DNA of 64,000 nt from positions 13,146,001 to 13,210,000 of the forward strand of contig NW_024704743.1 in assembly GCF_018977255.1 (NCBI RefSeq). The letters run 5' to 3'. The notes beneath the pieces are model-generated. The model was given only the letters and a program-made list of their open reading frames with translations, did no database searches and was not told the DNA's origin. The position numbers and the translations under genes were made by a program. The DNA is from Callorhinchus milii. Taxonomy: Eukaryota. Below are positions 51,450-64,000 of this stretch, piece after piece; position 1 is the stretch's first letter, and each line of letters opens with the position of its first letter.

Positions 51450-53394
51450 AAAATCAGAAAATGTTTATATGTTTAATAGGATGATCCTGTTAGTCTGTTG
51501 TATAGCATAATCTAGTTTGTACATTATGCAGAGAAGTAATGAAAATGGAAAGATTACGTTTTAGAAAATTGCATTTGTATAATCACTGAGACACAATAAT
51601 TTGCAATTCATATCTTAATGGTCTTCTTGTACTATTTATTTTGATATAATGAGCATAATGGGATGCTTATCCTACATCTTAATATGATTTTCTGTCAAAT
51701 AACTGGAGAAGTGGTATTAGCATACTGTGAAAAAATAAGACTGTTATTAGTTGAAGCAAATAAGAATGTTATAAAATTAGTGGAGCTGTTTTTGTGTGTT
51801 TTCTTGCAGCTGCTTACTTTCATATTGTACAGACACGGCAAATGAACTGGCTGTCTGCCCAGTCATGATCTGAGCTGCATTGCATTACTAATAATTGCAC
51901 TGTTTCAGGTTAGGCTTCATTAGCTGTCAACCCGGGTTTACAAAGCAAGAAGGTGTAAGTGTTTCATTTTAATCAGCCATTTTATTACCTCATTCCTTTA
52001 TTTACTACAGAAAGCTTGCACCATTGGAAATTGGATGTGTTGAGTGATTCGCTTCTTGTAAAGACATCATCAATTAACTGAGGATTTACCCAACCCCCAG
52101 GTTATAGACTAAAAAGGCAATTTTAATTGAAACAGATTGCCTTTTGGTAGGAGAATGCCTCCGTTATACAGGCAGTGAGAGCATAAGCAGGGTGGGGGAT
52201 AGGGGTTGGTGGGGACAGGACCTTTTCAGTTGGCCGACAAAATGATTTTAGAAATAAGAAAATAGCACTCCACCCCATTTATGAACAGCGCAAATTAGGG
52301 TTCAAGGAATGGCATCATGGGAAATGGAAGGCATCAGAGCAAATAATGTGGTGAAGTAGTTTACTCTGTTAACTGTACAAGGAATTAGTCAGTGTAACCA
52401 AACTGTGCCCTGTGTAAAGAGCATGTTTACATAATAACCTGATAATAATGCCTCAAGAAAAGAAAACAATATTAATTTGGTCACTCAATCCACAACTGTT
52501 TGTGGGACACTGCTGTGCGCAATTGGCTGCTGTGTTTTGCCCACAAAATATACAGTATATTCTGTGAAACGCTTTGAGACATCCAGAAGACGTGAAAAGC
52601 ACTACATCAAATGCGAAGAGTATTATTATTATTTATGTTGTATTTAACTTTTCTTGACTTCTGTTGCAGCATGGGTGCTGGTGGCCTGTAAGTGCTTCAG
52701 AGCATACGTATTCATAGAATTATTTACAGCCCCACCCAACACACACACTTCAAGATCAGCTTCACTGGAGTAGGCATCAGGTAGTCATGTTCACCAGAGT
52801 GCAAATCCTGCAAAGGCTAAGACTATGAGAAATTTCAGGCCCTGATTTGGCACAGGACAGCACTGGCAGAATCAAAGCCAAACTTTCAAAAATTGTGCTG
52901 ATTGAAGTCTACAATGTGGTATTTGCAGCAGGACTCAAGAGAATTTGTATATATCAGTTGCTGCTGGTAACTGGATGTGTGTTACTCTGAACTGCAGTCC
53001 AGGCTTTCACAGTTCGGTAAACGTATGTCTACACAACAGTAGGATTTAATAATGGCCAATCTTTTTTAAATTCTGTTTTAAAACCTACTGCGCAAATAGC
53101 AGCATGAATTGGAATCCAGCTGACAAGCAGCGCATTCTGAACATTAGGCTTACCCTCAGGGCATTGGTTAATATTAGGAGAAGTGCAAAGCGCTTTGAGA
53201 AGTCCTCCCGACATGAAAGGTGCAATATAAATGTAAACTTTATTGTACTGAAACTGATGTCTCTCAGTGTTATAGGATGGCTGAAAGTATGAGGGAAACC
53301 ATCAATTCAGTCTGATTTTAATAAGTTCTACAATACAGAATAGGAGGGCATATCAGTTCTGGTTCTCACATAGCTATTCTCATTATTCTTGCAG

Positions 53395-53510
53395 CACAGC
53401 ATTGTCCTGCCAGTGATTCTGCTGGAGTTAATTCTCACACCTCACCGTTATCCAAAAAGAAGGACTGGCTTTCTCATTCTAGGCTTCATCTCCCTTTTCT
53501 ATCTATTATG
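53395..53510 (+). CDS. ADTRP: ADTRP coding exon 4 (HSIVLPVILLELILTPHRYPKRRTGFLILGFISLFYLL-W)
   Basis: Acceptor ATTCTTGCAG|, donor TG|GTAAGT, 116 nt, phase 0-2. First codon is the predicted catalytic His126 (NHAMH); PH.YP motif. Confidence 0.94.
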
Positions 53511-53861
53511 GTAAGTCCATCTCGCAGCTATCGAACTGGTAGTAAGAAATACATAAAACGTAAGAAATGAACCTGTGTCCTCTTGTCCTACTGCCTTGGC
53601 ATAACAAAATATTGTTCTTGATTGACATTCTCTTTCCCATTTAATCTCTCATATATCTCTATAAGGTCATCTCTGTTATGTGTATTTTCAAAACTAAAGG
53701 GTCCTAGTGTCAAACGCTCTGGGACGCTACCCTGTGTGAGGGGGCTATATAAATGCAAGTTGTTGTTGTAATTATATACAGCACATACCAATTATACACC
53801 AACATGGCCAACTGAGAGTAATTGAAATGAGATAGAATTCAATCTATACCTTTTAATACAG

Positions 53862-54013
53862 GATTCTGTGGATTTACTCCGCGACTGGAAAATGGGTTTA
53901 TCCCTTTTTAGGCCTATTCAGTCCCCTTCATCTGATGTCGTTTATCTCGGCGAGTGTTGTGTTGGTGAACTTGCTGTACCTTTTGGGAGAGAAGCTCACC
54001 TTGTTAATCTGGG
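53862..54013 (+). CDS. ADTRP: ADTRP coding exon 5 (ILWIYSATGKWVYPFLG...YLLGEKLTLLIW-G)
   Basis: Acceptor TTTTAATACAG|, donor G|GTAAGT, 152 nt, phase 2-1. Motifs G.WVYP and YLLGEKL. Confidence 0.95.
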
Positions 54014-54692
54014 GTAAGTTCACAATACTGTCATCTATTAATCTGGGGTCAATTCATTATAATCTATTAACCTTGTACATAATATTCTATTAAAATGGGA
54101 TAAAATTTCACCTGAATATACTAGGTTTACAAATCTTCCAACTTTTTCCCCTCATTTTGTAAGACTCTACCACCATGACCACAAGGGGATAACTAATTGG
54201 GTGCAAACGTTTATTGGATGCAATAATCCAATGTAACTAGAAGCTTTGCTGAACTCAGAATAATTGACATCACAAAGTTATAACTGAAATATGGGTAGGG
54301 TTAGATGTTGATAGAATTTCCAAAAATAAAAAGGAAATGTGTACACAGGAAGACACTCACATTAAATTCATTCAGCATTGTTAATCTAAAACATTGCATG
54401 TAGCGTACATATATATTACATTGTCCTCCTGGTGAGAGGTTGTATCGTCCCAAGTATTTGGTCAATTTTGAAGACAATCAAGCGAGTAGGTTTTGCAAAC
54501 TAGATTCTTGCCAATAAGTCAGGCGAGTCGATCATCAGCAGTGTTCTGGATTGCTGTGGACCCACCTGACTCAGGTGTATTGAGAATTCCCTGTGAACAC
54601 CAGAGCTCATCATTAAATAATCACTATTTATCACTAGCTATCTACAGTCTCACCTACGACGCTAAGGCGCTATATCAAAAGCGTTATTATTA

Positions 54693-54870
54693 CAGTAAAC
54701 TTCTGATAACTCGACGCTGTCTTAACTTACCATTACCACTTAAGTCATCATGCTGTCAATATCTCGGCTGCATTTATTTATACATTTATACATATACCTA
54801 ACTCACCACTCCGGATACCTGGTCACTGAGTGCTTTTCCCATGGAGGGACGAGTTATCAGGAGTTTACTG
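54693..54870. mobile_element. Tc1/mariner (pogo/Tigger-like) MITE in ADTRP intron 5
   Basis: 21-bp TIRs CAGTAAACTYCTGATAACTCG (20/21 match), TA on both sides. Confidence 0.9.
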
Positions 54871-54927
54871 TATGTTTACTTCCCAGACGTTGGTTGAGAA
54901 TAACAGTGCATTTATTTACATTTGTAG

Positions 54928-54965
54928 GCACAGTGGAGAAAGCAAAGCAAAGAAAGAGAAAGTGA
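54928..54965 (+). CDS. ADTRP: ADTRP coding exon 6 (GTVEKAKQRKRK*)
   Basis: Acceptor TTTACATTTGTAG|, phase 1 fits exon 5. Basic C-terminus as in human ADTRP. Spliced CDS is 681 nt = 226 aa plus stop. Confidence 0.85.
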
Positions 54966-55295
54966 GGTGGAAACGTGTCAACGGACTGAAAATGTGGGCA
55001 CTAAAGAACTTATCCACCTCAGAATACTCAAGAAAACACTGTGTCAACAGCAGTCAACAACAACAACAACAAATTGCAGTTGCCTTTCACATTGGGAGGC
55101 ACATTACCACAAGTCCTTATTAATCTGGATGTTGCACTGGTGTCTGTGTTTATTCACTTTAATTTTTCACTAAAATAATTCTCAGATTCTTTAGGGTCAG
55201 AAATCTAGATCTGCCTGTAAGGAAGGCTTTATTGTTGGATTTACCTTAGGTTGCTTATCTCGTGTGCCAACGTTTGTATCTGACTTTTTAATAAC

Positions 55296-55309
55296 ATTAA
55301 AAAAATAAA
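55296..55309 (+). terminator. Candidate ADTRP poly(A) signals (ATTAAA 55296, AATAAA 55304)
   Basis: About 340 nt after the stop codon, followed by TGGTTCTTG. Motif evidence only. Confidence 0.5.
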
Positions 55310-56002
55310 AATGGTTCTTGGCCTGAGAACCTATAAAGGACCATATTTGAGTGGATGCTGACTTGATTTGCATTGCCTGTGTTTATAATGTAGCATTGCA
55401 TATTGATGTCCTGTCCAGCCCACCATTCCCTACTGGTTCTAGCAACCAGGCTCCCTTACAAAGTTTTATCTGGTCATGATACTCACAACAGATTTATATT
55501 AGGTTTTTTGTAGCAAATCACTGCGATTCAACCAGGCTTAATGGCTGTGTCAAAGTCACAGTCAACTCAGAACATGGCTTTTTCTGCCATGGATAGGACA
55601 GCATGAAGCTTTTAACTCCTCCACATTTCAGTTATTTTAGTCCATTACACATATCCATGAAAAACGGTGCCATTCTTTGGATGAAGCATTAAACTGAGGT
55701 CCTGTCTGCCTGATGAGCTGGGTTAATTTTCTTGCTGGTAAGGGCTCTTTAACTGTATACATTTGACCCATGTGTTTCCAGGAAGATATTAAGTACAGTA
55801 TTAAGGTAGCGACTTGTCTAGATTGCTGTACATGACTATAGATTTTAAAAAATGTACGTTACTGGGATCCATCTTGTGCCGAACACAAATTCAACCTATT
55901 TATCTATTATGTGTTGATACTGAGAAATCCATTCTAAATATAACAACACTAACAATTAAGATGTTATAAACCATGTTGATTATTGGTAGAATCAGAAGAC
56001 AT

Positions 56003-56360
56003 TCTGGCTCCCCATCCCCCAGAGGATCGAGTTTAAGATCCTTGTCCTCACTTTTCAATCTCTCCATGGTCTTGCCCCTCCCTATCGCTGTGACCTGTGA
56101 ACCTGCCCACTCCCTCCTTTGTTGGGCATTGGCCTGCTCCACCTTTCCCACTCCACCATCAGCGTTCGTGCCTTGGAACTCCACCCCAGAGTCCTTTGCC
56201 TCCCCCCCTCCCTTGCCTCCTTCAAGACTCTCCTCAAAACCTTCCTCTTTGACGCTCCACCCCTCTTGATTCCAACCCCCAGCTCGGGTGCAAACCCTTC
56301 ACTATCCAGCACCTGTGACATTGCCAGACATGAAAGGTGCTATGTAAGTGCAATTTGTTT
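56003..56360 (+). mobile_element. Degraded L2 3' end
   Basis: TGGCTCCCCATCCCCCAGAGGAT...TTTAAGATCCTTGTCCTCAC motif and tail. Confidence 0.8.
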
Positions 56361-56529
56361 TTCTTCTTCTTCTTCTTGCATGTTTAAAATAGATAGAGCT
56401 AAGAAGGATAATTTTCCCCCTTGTATTCACATTGTTAAAATGACACTCTAAAAGCATTAATTTTGTTTTATAAAGCAGTTTTATGCTAGGATTTCAACTC
56501 TGATATTTTGCTTACATCTTTGTTTCATG

Positions 56530-57083
56530 GAGTCCTACAGCACAGAACGAGGACATTCAGCCCATCATGCCTGTGCCGGCTCTTTGAACGAGCTATCCAA
56601 TTAGTCCTACTGCCCCACCTCTTTCCCCATAACCTTGCAATTCTTTTGTTTCCAAGTAAATGTCCAATTCCCTTTTGAAAGTTATTATTGGATCTGCTTT
56701 CACCACCGCTTCAGGCAGTGCATTCCAGGTCGTAACAACTCTGTGTAAAAGAAATTCTGCTCGTTTACCCTCTGGTTCTTTTGCCAATTATCTTAAATCC
56801 ATGTGCCCTGGTTAACTACCCAGCCATTGGAGGAAACAGTTTCTCCCTATTCAGTCTATCAATACCCATCATAATTTTGAACATCTCTATTAAATCTCCC
56901 CTTAATAAGGAGAAGAATCCCAGCTTCTCTAGTCTCTCTACATAACTGAAGTCCCTCATCCAAGTCCTTGACATCCTTCCTAAAGTGTGGTGCCCAGAAT
57001 TGGACACAATATTCCAGCTCAGGCCTAACCAGTGATTTATAAATGTGTAGCATAACTTCCTTGCTTTTGTACTCTACTTCCAT
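56530..57083 (-). mobile_element. CR1 3' fragment
   Basis: YKSLVRPELEYCVQFWAPHFRKD and LRGDLIEMFKIM on the minus strand. Confidence 0.92.
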
Positions 57084-57304
57084 ATGTTTAGACGCAGTGG
57101 CATAACTACAATGGTGCCAGTGGTTCAGTCACCCAGAGCCCACAAGGTTATGGGGTCCCATGTTGTGGGGGGTGGAAAAATAACTTCCCCCCAAAAAAAA
57201 AAATTTGAACCATTTCGGAAATACTTACCTATCTCCTGGGATGCAAGTGGGCCAGGAAGTAACATTGTAGATTTCAGAATTGGGAAGGGGCGGTTCTATT
57301 CTAC

Positions 57305-58552
57305 AACAATAACAACAACAACAAAATTACATTTGTAAAGTACTTTTCACGTTGATAGGATGTCCCAAGGTGCTGAACAGTCAAGGATCAGGACCCGAGC
57401 AGGGGGGAAATGGTGAGGGGAGGGAAAGGAGGGAGCGAGGAGGGGGTAGAGAGTCGAGAGGGGAGCTGCAGGCACGGTCAAAGAGAAGGGTCTGGCGATG
57501 TTCCGGAGGTGATGGAAGGCAGTGCCAGTTGTGGCGCGGATATGAGGGAGAAAGGGCAGCTCAGGGTCGAACAGAACACCAAGGTTCCTGACTGGCTTTG
57601 AGAGGTGGAGAGTGCAGCCTTGGATGCTGATGCTGTCAGCGTCAGAGGTGCAGAGGCGCTGACGCGAGACAATCAGGAGGGCCTCAGTTTTATGCACGTT
57701 GAGCTGAAGAAAGTTGTCTCTCGTCCAGGACTCAATGTCAGACAGGCAGCTGTCAGGACATCGGTGGTCGTGGAGTTGAGGGTAGAGGAGGAAAGGTAGA
57801 GTTGGGTGTCATCCGCATACATGTGGAAGTTAACCCCATGTCTGCGGATGATGTCACCAAGGGGGAGCATATAGAGGGTGAAGAGGAGGGGACCGAGGAC
57901 AGAACCCTGAGGGACACCGCATAAGACAGTGCGGGAGCTGGAGAAAAAGCCGTTCATGGAAACAAAGTGAAGACGGTGGGAGAGGTACGACCTAAACCAC
58001 TCAAGGACAGGGCCTTGAAGGTTGAGGTGGGAGGACAAGCGGTGGAGGAGGATAGCATGGTTGACCGTATCAAATGCTGCCGATAGGTCAAGGAGGATGA
58101 GGAGGCAGAGGGAGCCCTGGTCGCAGATGGTCAGGATGTCATTGGTGACCTTGACCAGGGCAGTTTCTGTGCTATGGGCAGCACGGAAACCCGACTGAAG
58201 GGGTTCGAATAATGAATGGGTAGAGAGGAAAGAGCGCAGCTGGGAGGCGACAACTCTTTCAAAGGTTGTAGAGGTTGAAGAGGAGGGGACCGAAGACAGA
58301 GCCCTGAGGAACACCGCACGAGACTGTGCAGGGTCTGGAAGAGAAACCATCGGAAACGATGTGAGGGATAAGACATGATCCATTCAAGGACAGAACCTTG
58401 AAGGTTGAAGTGAGAGGAGAGGCGATGGAGGAGGGGAGAGTGGTCCATGTTATCGAGGGCAGCAGAGAAGTCGAGGAGGAGGACGAGGCAGAGGGAAGCT
58501 CTGGTTCACAGATGGACAAAATGTCGTTTGTCACCTTGATTAGAGCAGTTTC
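57305..58552 (-). mobile_element. L2 RT/3' fragment with a duplicated RT segment
   Basis: [47 protein letters not shown] second [13 protein letters not shown] copy lies at ~58265-58552. Confidence 0.95.
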
Positions 58553-58837
58553 TGTACTTGTATTCTACTCTTGTACGAGAGCCTCTTGGGGTCTTATTCC
58601 ACCACTGTTTGCAACTGTTCCAAACTCAATATCACCTTACAGTAGCACCTTGTATTATTACCTCAATCTTTTAAATAAATCATTGTTAAAATTACATCAT
58701 AGTTTTTGCACTTTTACTGTGCATAACCATATGTTTTCATAGCAACATTCTGCATCACATACAAACATTTTATTTTCAGTTCATTTTTTTCGCATCACTG
58801 TTTGCATACAAAAATACAGAGCCACATCACTTTAGAG

Positions 58838-61147
58838 CAGGGGTGGGCAAAAGACAGCCCGCGGGCCACATTCGGCCCACCAAATGATTCTATCCGGCCC
58901 ATCATTGTGTTTAGCAATAGAAAAAATTACAGTTTGTTCAGTCCCAGAAAGTCGCACAAATTTCGCATTTGAATCAGACCAGGAACATCAGCCAAACACA
59001 CTGCTTAGTTGTGCGCACACTCCCTTAAGTGCTGAATCAGGCTGACGTCAGGAATGTATGGATCAGCAAATTTTCAAACACGCGAGCACGGCAACTTTTC
59101 ACTGAAGAGGACGTTAATTCAAAATGAGTTTATCAAAGAAGCGGAAAGTGGACACTGAAGGCCGAATATTCAACAAAGATTGGACTTCTAAATATTTTTT
59201 TTACCAGTGTGGGTGGAAAAGCTGTGTGCCTAATTTGCAAAGAAAGTGTGGCAGTGCTCAAAGACTACAACTTGAATCGCCATTTTGAGAGCAAACATGC
59301 TTGCAAATATAAGAACGTTTCTGCTGAAGAAAAAGGAAAGAAAACTGATGAGATGATTGTTCGAATGCAAAAAGAGCAAAGCATTTTCACAAAACAATTT
59401 GCATCCCACGATGAGATTACAAGAGTGAGTTACACGATTGCACACAAGAACAGCAAACCATTCTCTGAAGAAGAATTTATAAAGGAATGTATGGTTGACT
59501 CTGCTTCGATTTTATGTCCAGACAAGAAAAAACAGTTTGAGACCATTAGCTTGTCAAGGTGAACTTTTGTGAGACATGTTGAGGATATCTCTGAGAACCT
59601 GTATCTACAGTTACAAAATAAAGTAAGCAATTTTGCATGTTTTTCACTGGCACTCGATGAGAGTTGTGATGTCAAAGACACAGCCCAGTTGATAATTTTT
59701 ATTCGAGGTATCACCAAACATTTTGAGCTCACAGAAGAATTGGGATCAATGCAGTCAATGAAAGATACGACAACTGGGGAAGACTTTTTGAAGGCAGTAA
59801 ATAAGAGTATCTTAAAATTAGGAGTGGAGTGGAAAAAATTGGTGAATGTGACCACTGATGGAAGCCCAAATCTGACAGGCAAAAATGTTGGGTTTACTGA
59901 AAAGAATTGAAGATCAAGTCAAAGAAACAAATCCAGAACAGAATATTGTTTTTCTACACTGCATTATCCACCAAGAGCTCCTCTGTAAAGGTGATCTAAA
60001 ACTAAGCAATGTCGTGGACACAGTTATGAAAGTGGTCAACTACATTCGAGCAAGAGGATTAAACCGCAGGCAATTTGTAACTCTGCTTGAGGAACTGGAA
60101 TCCGAGCACACGGATGTTCTGTATCACAGAATGTAAGATGGCTTCGTTTAGAAAAGGTCTTGTAAAGAGTGTGGGAACTGAGAACAGAGATTGATTGATT
60201 TTTGGGCATAAAACAAAAAGATTCAGATTTCCCACAGCTGAATGATGCAAATTGTCTCTCTGATTTCACATTTGCCGGTGATATCATGGACCACGTGAAT
60301 GAACTGAATTCAAAACTGCAACGGAAGGGGGCTTTTGTGCATGATTCGTATTGCAGTGTCAAGTCAGTTATGACAAAATTATTTATTTTATTGGGTCATA
60401 TAGAAAAAAGGTTGTTCGTCTGCTTTCCAACTTTGCAGCAGATTACTGTTTGCAATCAAAGCCTTAAAAAGTATACTTTGTCACTACTTGCCTTGCATGC
60501 CAAATTTTCTCGCCGATTCCAGGATTTCAATTTGATCGAAAATGACGTGTCTTTGGTCTCTTCACCTTTCGCATTTGATGTTGAAAAATCCCCATTTGAC
60601 TTCCAACTCAAGCTTATTTACCTGCAATGTGATCTATTGCTTGTGGAGCAATTCAAATCGGTGCTGCTTCCCAGTTTTTACACCTCTCTTAATGAATATA
60701 CCTTTCCAAAAATAAAGGCTCATGCCTGGAGAATGCTTGTGCTATTTAGATGAACATACATAAGCGAGGAGACATTTTCTGTGATGAAATTCAATGAATC
60801 AAAACATAGATCTGTGATGACTGATGACCACCTTGCAGCAGTACTCCGCATTGCAACAACGGAGACGGTGCCTGACTTCAATTGTCTGGTTAAAGCATAT
60901 CATTGCTTTCATTCCTCCCATGAGTGAGCTTCTCACATTCTCAACAATATGTGAATAAATGAATAAATATTGAATAAATGTCTGCTCAATGAATTTTTAT
61001 TTAACCTAATTTTAATGAATGTCAATTACATAGACCTTATTTTATGCATGTAAGACTTGATTTTGAGCTATTATTATTTGTTTGTGGCCCGTGAAGATTC
61101 CAAAACTTGTGAAGTGGCCCGCCAGCCAAACTAATTGCCCACCCCTA
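58838..61147 (+). mobile_element. Full-length hAT DNA transposon (Buster/SPIN/GTF2IRD2-like), 2310 bp
   Basis: TIRs CAGGGGTGGGCAA / TTGCCCACCCCTA. Exact 8-bp TSD CTTTAGAG at 58830-58837 and 61148-61155 (nnnTAnnn). Subterminal GGCCC repeats. Confidence 0.97.
59124..60927 (+). pseudogene. Inactivated hAT transposase
   Basis: MSLSKKRKVD start, BED finger CLIC...RHF..KH, SLALDES (D1), TTDGSPN (D2), HCIIHQ, EETFS (E). Split across four ORFs by stops and frameshifts. Confidence 0.93.
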
Positions 61148-62685
61148 CTTTAGAGTATAGCGCGTCCCAGCACTTTGGGACGTCCTCCCGACGTGAAAGG
61201 CGCTCTATAAATGTAATTTTGTTGATGTTGTTGTATAGCTGTGAAGCGCTTTGAGACACCTTAAAGACGCTAAAACACTATAACAAATGCAAGTTTTTTT
61301 TAGATTGTGTTAATAATTAAGATTTTAATGATGCAGATTAACTGCCGAGATTACAATTATGATTTAATTTCTGATCCAGCCCAAGAACTTCAGAACATTT
61401 ACCTTATCAAAGGTGCTATGTAAATGTATATTAATACTATACAGAAGATTTACCTTGAACCATTGATACAAATTCCTGAGCAGGTTAAATTTTGGGGGAT
61501 CAACCGGGTGTCTGACAAATTCAGTGACATACCCATCAACACAATTAAAAGTATCTAAACCAAACTGAGAATTCCATGCATCCCACCTACACATGGAAAT
61601 CCCAGTAATAGATTGTTGGAATGGAAATGCTCAAACTCCTGGTCTGCTTTTGTAAATCGCTTTGAGACCTTCTCCCAACATGAATGGCTATATAAGTACA
61701 AATTGTTGTTGTCAGACCTCTGATCACAGTTCCTTTCTCTAACACCATAACCCTTTGCATCGGTTATCTTCAAATAGTTATTTTAATCCTCTTGGTTGGG
61801 AAAATATTTTTTTTTGGCAGGGAGAGCGATAATTTTTGCCCAGGCTTTTGCCAATCACTAAGCGACACAACTTGTCACAAAATAATGAAAATGATTGCGC
61901 TGAAGTATGAAATTCATGCTCTGGAAAATTAACCTTAGACAAAGTGGATTTGTGACCGCCAGCTTGCCTCTGTCCCACCTAGTGGAAATTTTGTGTTAAA
62001 TTTGAGATGTTAGATAGCATGTCTGTTATTATGAAGCCATTTCACCCATTGTCTGACTCATCAGCAAATGTCAGCCCATTCACTTCCTGTTATTAAAGTC
62101 TTCAATTTGCATGATTGACTTTAATGATACACTGGATAGTTCAATTTACTGCCCGCTTTAGAAGAAGATGTGAAAAGGCTGTGAGTGGTGCCTGGGTAGA
62201 AAATGCAGTTAATAGCTTCCCTTTTTAATGCTTAATGACCTTGATGTTCTGAGACAGGATGATTCTGGTTTGATCACTCAGTGATGATTCTCACTAGATG
62301 TGAGGAAAGCATTTGATGGCAGTAATGTTATAATTTTCCTCAATCTGCAGCAGCTCTGCAACACTACAGTAGACTGATCCCTTTCAGTTGTAAAGTAACA
62401 GCTGTAAGAGTTAAGCCACACACCAGACTGTCCACGTTGAGGAATATGATGTTTATTTCCTCCCAGACTTGGTCTGACAAAAGCTTGGGGTGACTCCACA
62501 TCTTCATAATCTAGGCTGGCACCCCAGTGCAGAACTGAGGGAATGTTGTCCTTCAGATGACCTGTCTGTTCTGGTGGAAGCTGAAGATCCCAGGGAATTA
62601 CAGATACTTCTCAGGGAATCATCTCCATATCCTGGCCAATGTTTCTCCATCTTCCAAAAAATTCACCAAAAACAGATTATATTGA

Positions 62686-63850
62686 ATCATAGAATAGAAC
62701 CAAAGAATTATACAGCAAAGAAAGAGGCCAATCAGCCCGTTGTATCTGTGATGGCTCTTTGAAAAGAGCTATCCAAATCAATCCCACTGCTCCGCCCTCT
62801 CCTCATAGCCCTGCAATCATTTACTCCCCAAATAATTATCTACTTCTCTCTTAAAAGTTGTTATCGAATCGGCTTCCACCACGTTTCAGGCAATGCATTC
62901 CAGATCCAAACAACTATCCTCTTCACTGTTTATTACTTTTCCTAGCTTAGTTTCATCTGCAAACTTGGAAATTGTACTCCTTATACGCAAGTCCAGGTTA
63001 TTTATATAAATCAATTACAGCAGTGGTCCCAATACTGACACCTGGGGGATACCACTGCACATTTCCTTCCAGTCAGAAAAACAACTGTTTACCACCACTC
63101 TGTTTTCCAGCCAGTTCTGTACATGCTGTCCTTGTCCCTTTAATACCATGGGCTTCTATTTTGCTTACAAGTCACTTATGTGGCACTTTATCAAACACCT
63201 TTTGAAAAACCATATAAACTACATCAACTACTCCAGACTGAGTCTGCTCTGCATTTCTCCCCCATCGAATCCCTCCTTTTTCTGGACTACTCCTTATTAC
63301 ATTGCTATTCATCTCTCTCAGCCCTCTATGTAACTTGTTTCTGCTCTCTGATTCCTTTCTCCCTCTAAATAAGTTTAAACCCTTCCCCGCAGCACTAGTT
63401 AACCTCCCTGTGAGGACATTGGTCCCAGTCCTATCCAGGTGTAACCCATCCACCTTTTACAGGTCCCACCTGCCCCAGAACTGGTCCCATTGTTCCAGGA
63501 ACCCAAAACCCTCCTTTCTGCACCAGTTCTCCAGCCAGACATTTATGTGTTTGATTCTGTGGTTTTGATACTCACTTGCACAAGGCACTGGGAGTAATCC
63601 AGAAACCACCACCTTTAAGGTTCTATGCTTTAGCTTTTTCCCTAGCTTCTGATACTCTCCTTGTAGGATCTCAACCCCTTTTTTCCCTATGTCATGGATC
63701 CCAACATGGACCATGACTTCTGGATGTTCCCCTTCCCCCTGTAGAATGTTTTGCACCTATTCCATGTTTTCAACCATGGCACAAGGGAGGCAACATACCA
63801 TGTCTTTGATTGTAGAAACACTTGTTTGCTCCTTTCACCGTTGTGTCCCC
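62686..63850 (-). mobile_element. Internally deleted CR1 LINE (ORF1 SGNH/esterase remnant, RT piece and 3' end)
   Basis: VMVHVGIHDIG...VVVSGLLPVP...NVWLENWCRKEGFGFL...DGLHL (CR1 ORF1); VYMVFQKVFDKVPHK; tail TTCTATGATTC. Confidence 0.88.
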
Positions 63851-64000
63851 ATTGACAATTGCATTGCCACTCTTCCCCTTGTCTGCCTGTGTATCCATTT
63901 GCTCTCGGCTCCCTTCCCCTTTGCCATAATAATAATAATCCTTATACTTGGCATATCACTTTTCATGTCAGGAGGATGTCCTAAACTGCTTCCTAGAATA

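Noticed and set aside
54951..54965. C-terminal ER-retrieval di-lysine signal
   Set aside because: The QRKRK end has Lys at -3 but Arg at -4 and Gln at -5, so it is not canonical KKxx or KxKxx.
57673..58383. 236-aa reverse transcriptase ORF as an active or novel RT system
   Set aside because: Ordinary L2 RT fragment joined out of frame to a duplicated piece; no endonuclease or full ORF2.
57095..58800. hAT-like end CAGTGGCATAACTA paired with CATCACTG
   Set aside because: The right end matches poorly and the flanks give no convincing TSD.
59124..60927. Domesticated GTF2IRD2/ZBED-like host gene
   Set aside because: Multiple stops and frameshifts, with TIRs and TSD still present.

Overview
Vertebrate nuclear DNA, most likely a cartilaginous fish (inferred from the repeat families: shark-type CR1 tails, SacSINE1-like SINEs, and abundant L2 and tRNA-SINEs resembling those of chimaeras). 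One intact protein-coding gene is supported: a six-exon ADTRP (AIG1/FAR-17a family Thr/His lipid hydrolase) on the + strand, CDS 33991-54965, 226 aa, with all five donors GTAAGT. The left end has a 1.5 kb C-rich minisatellite next to a CpG-rich promoter-like segment, possibly the 5' end of a divergent gene (HIVEP1 by human synteny; not provable here). The rest is mostly L2 and CR1 LINE fragments, SINEs, two MITEs, and a complete but inactivated Buster/GTF2IRD2-type hAT transposon with an exact 8-bp TSD. No prokaryote-like system or CRISPR array is present, and I found no clear new biological system. The most unusual signals are a candidate in-frame 18-nt microexon at the catalytic His of ADTRP, a candidate upstream promoter/non-coding exon, a ~730 bp CpG-rich stepwise microsatellite with nested palindromes upstream of the ATG, and several local duplications or foldbacks next to retroelements. 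Family names and human comparisons are from memory, not database searches; repeat boundaries are approximate.
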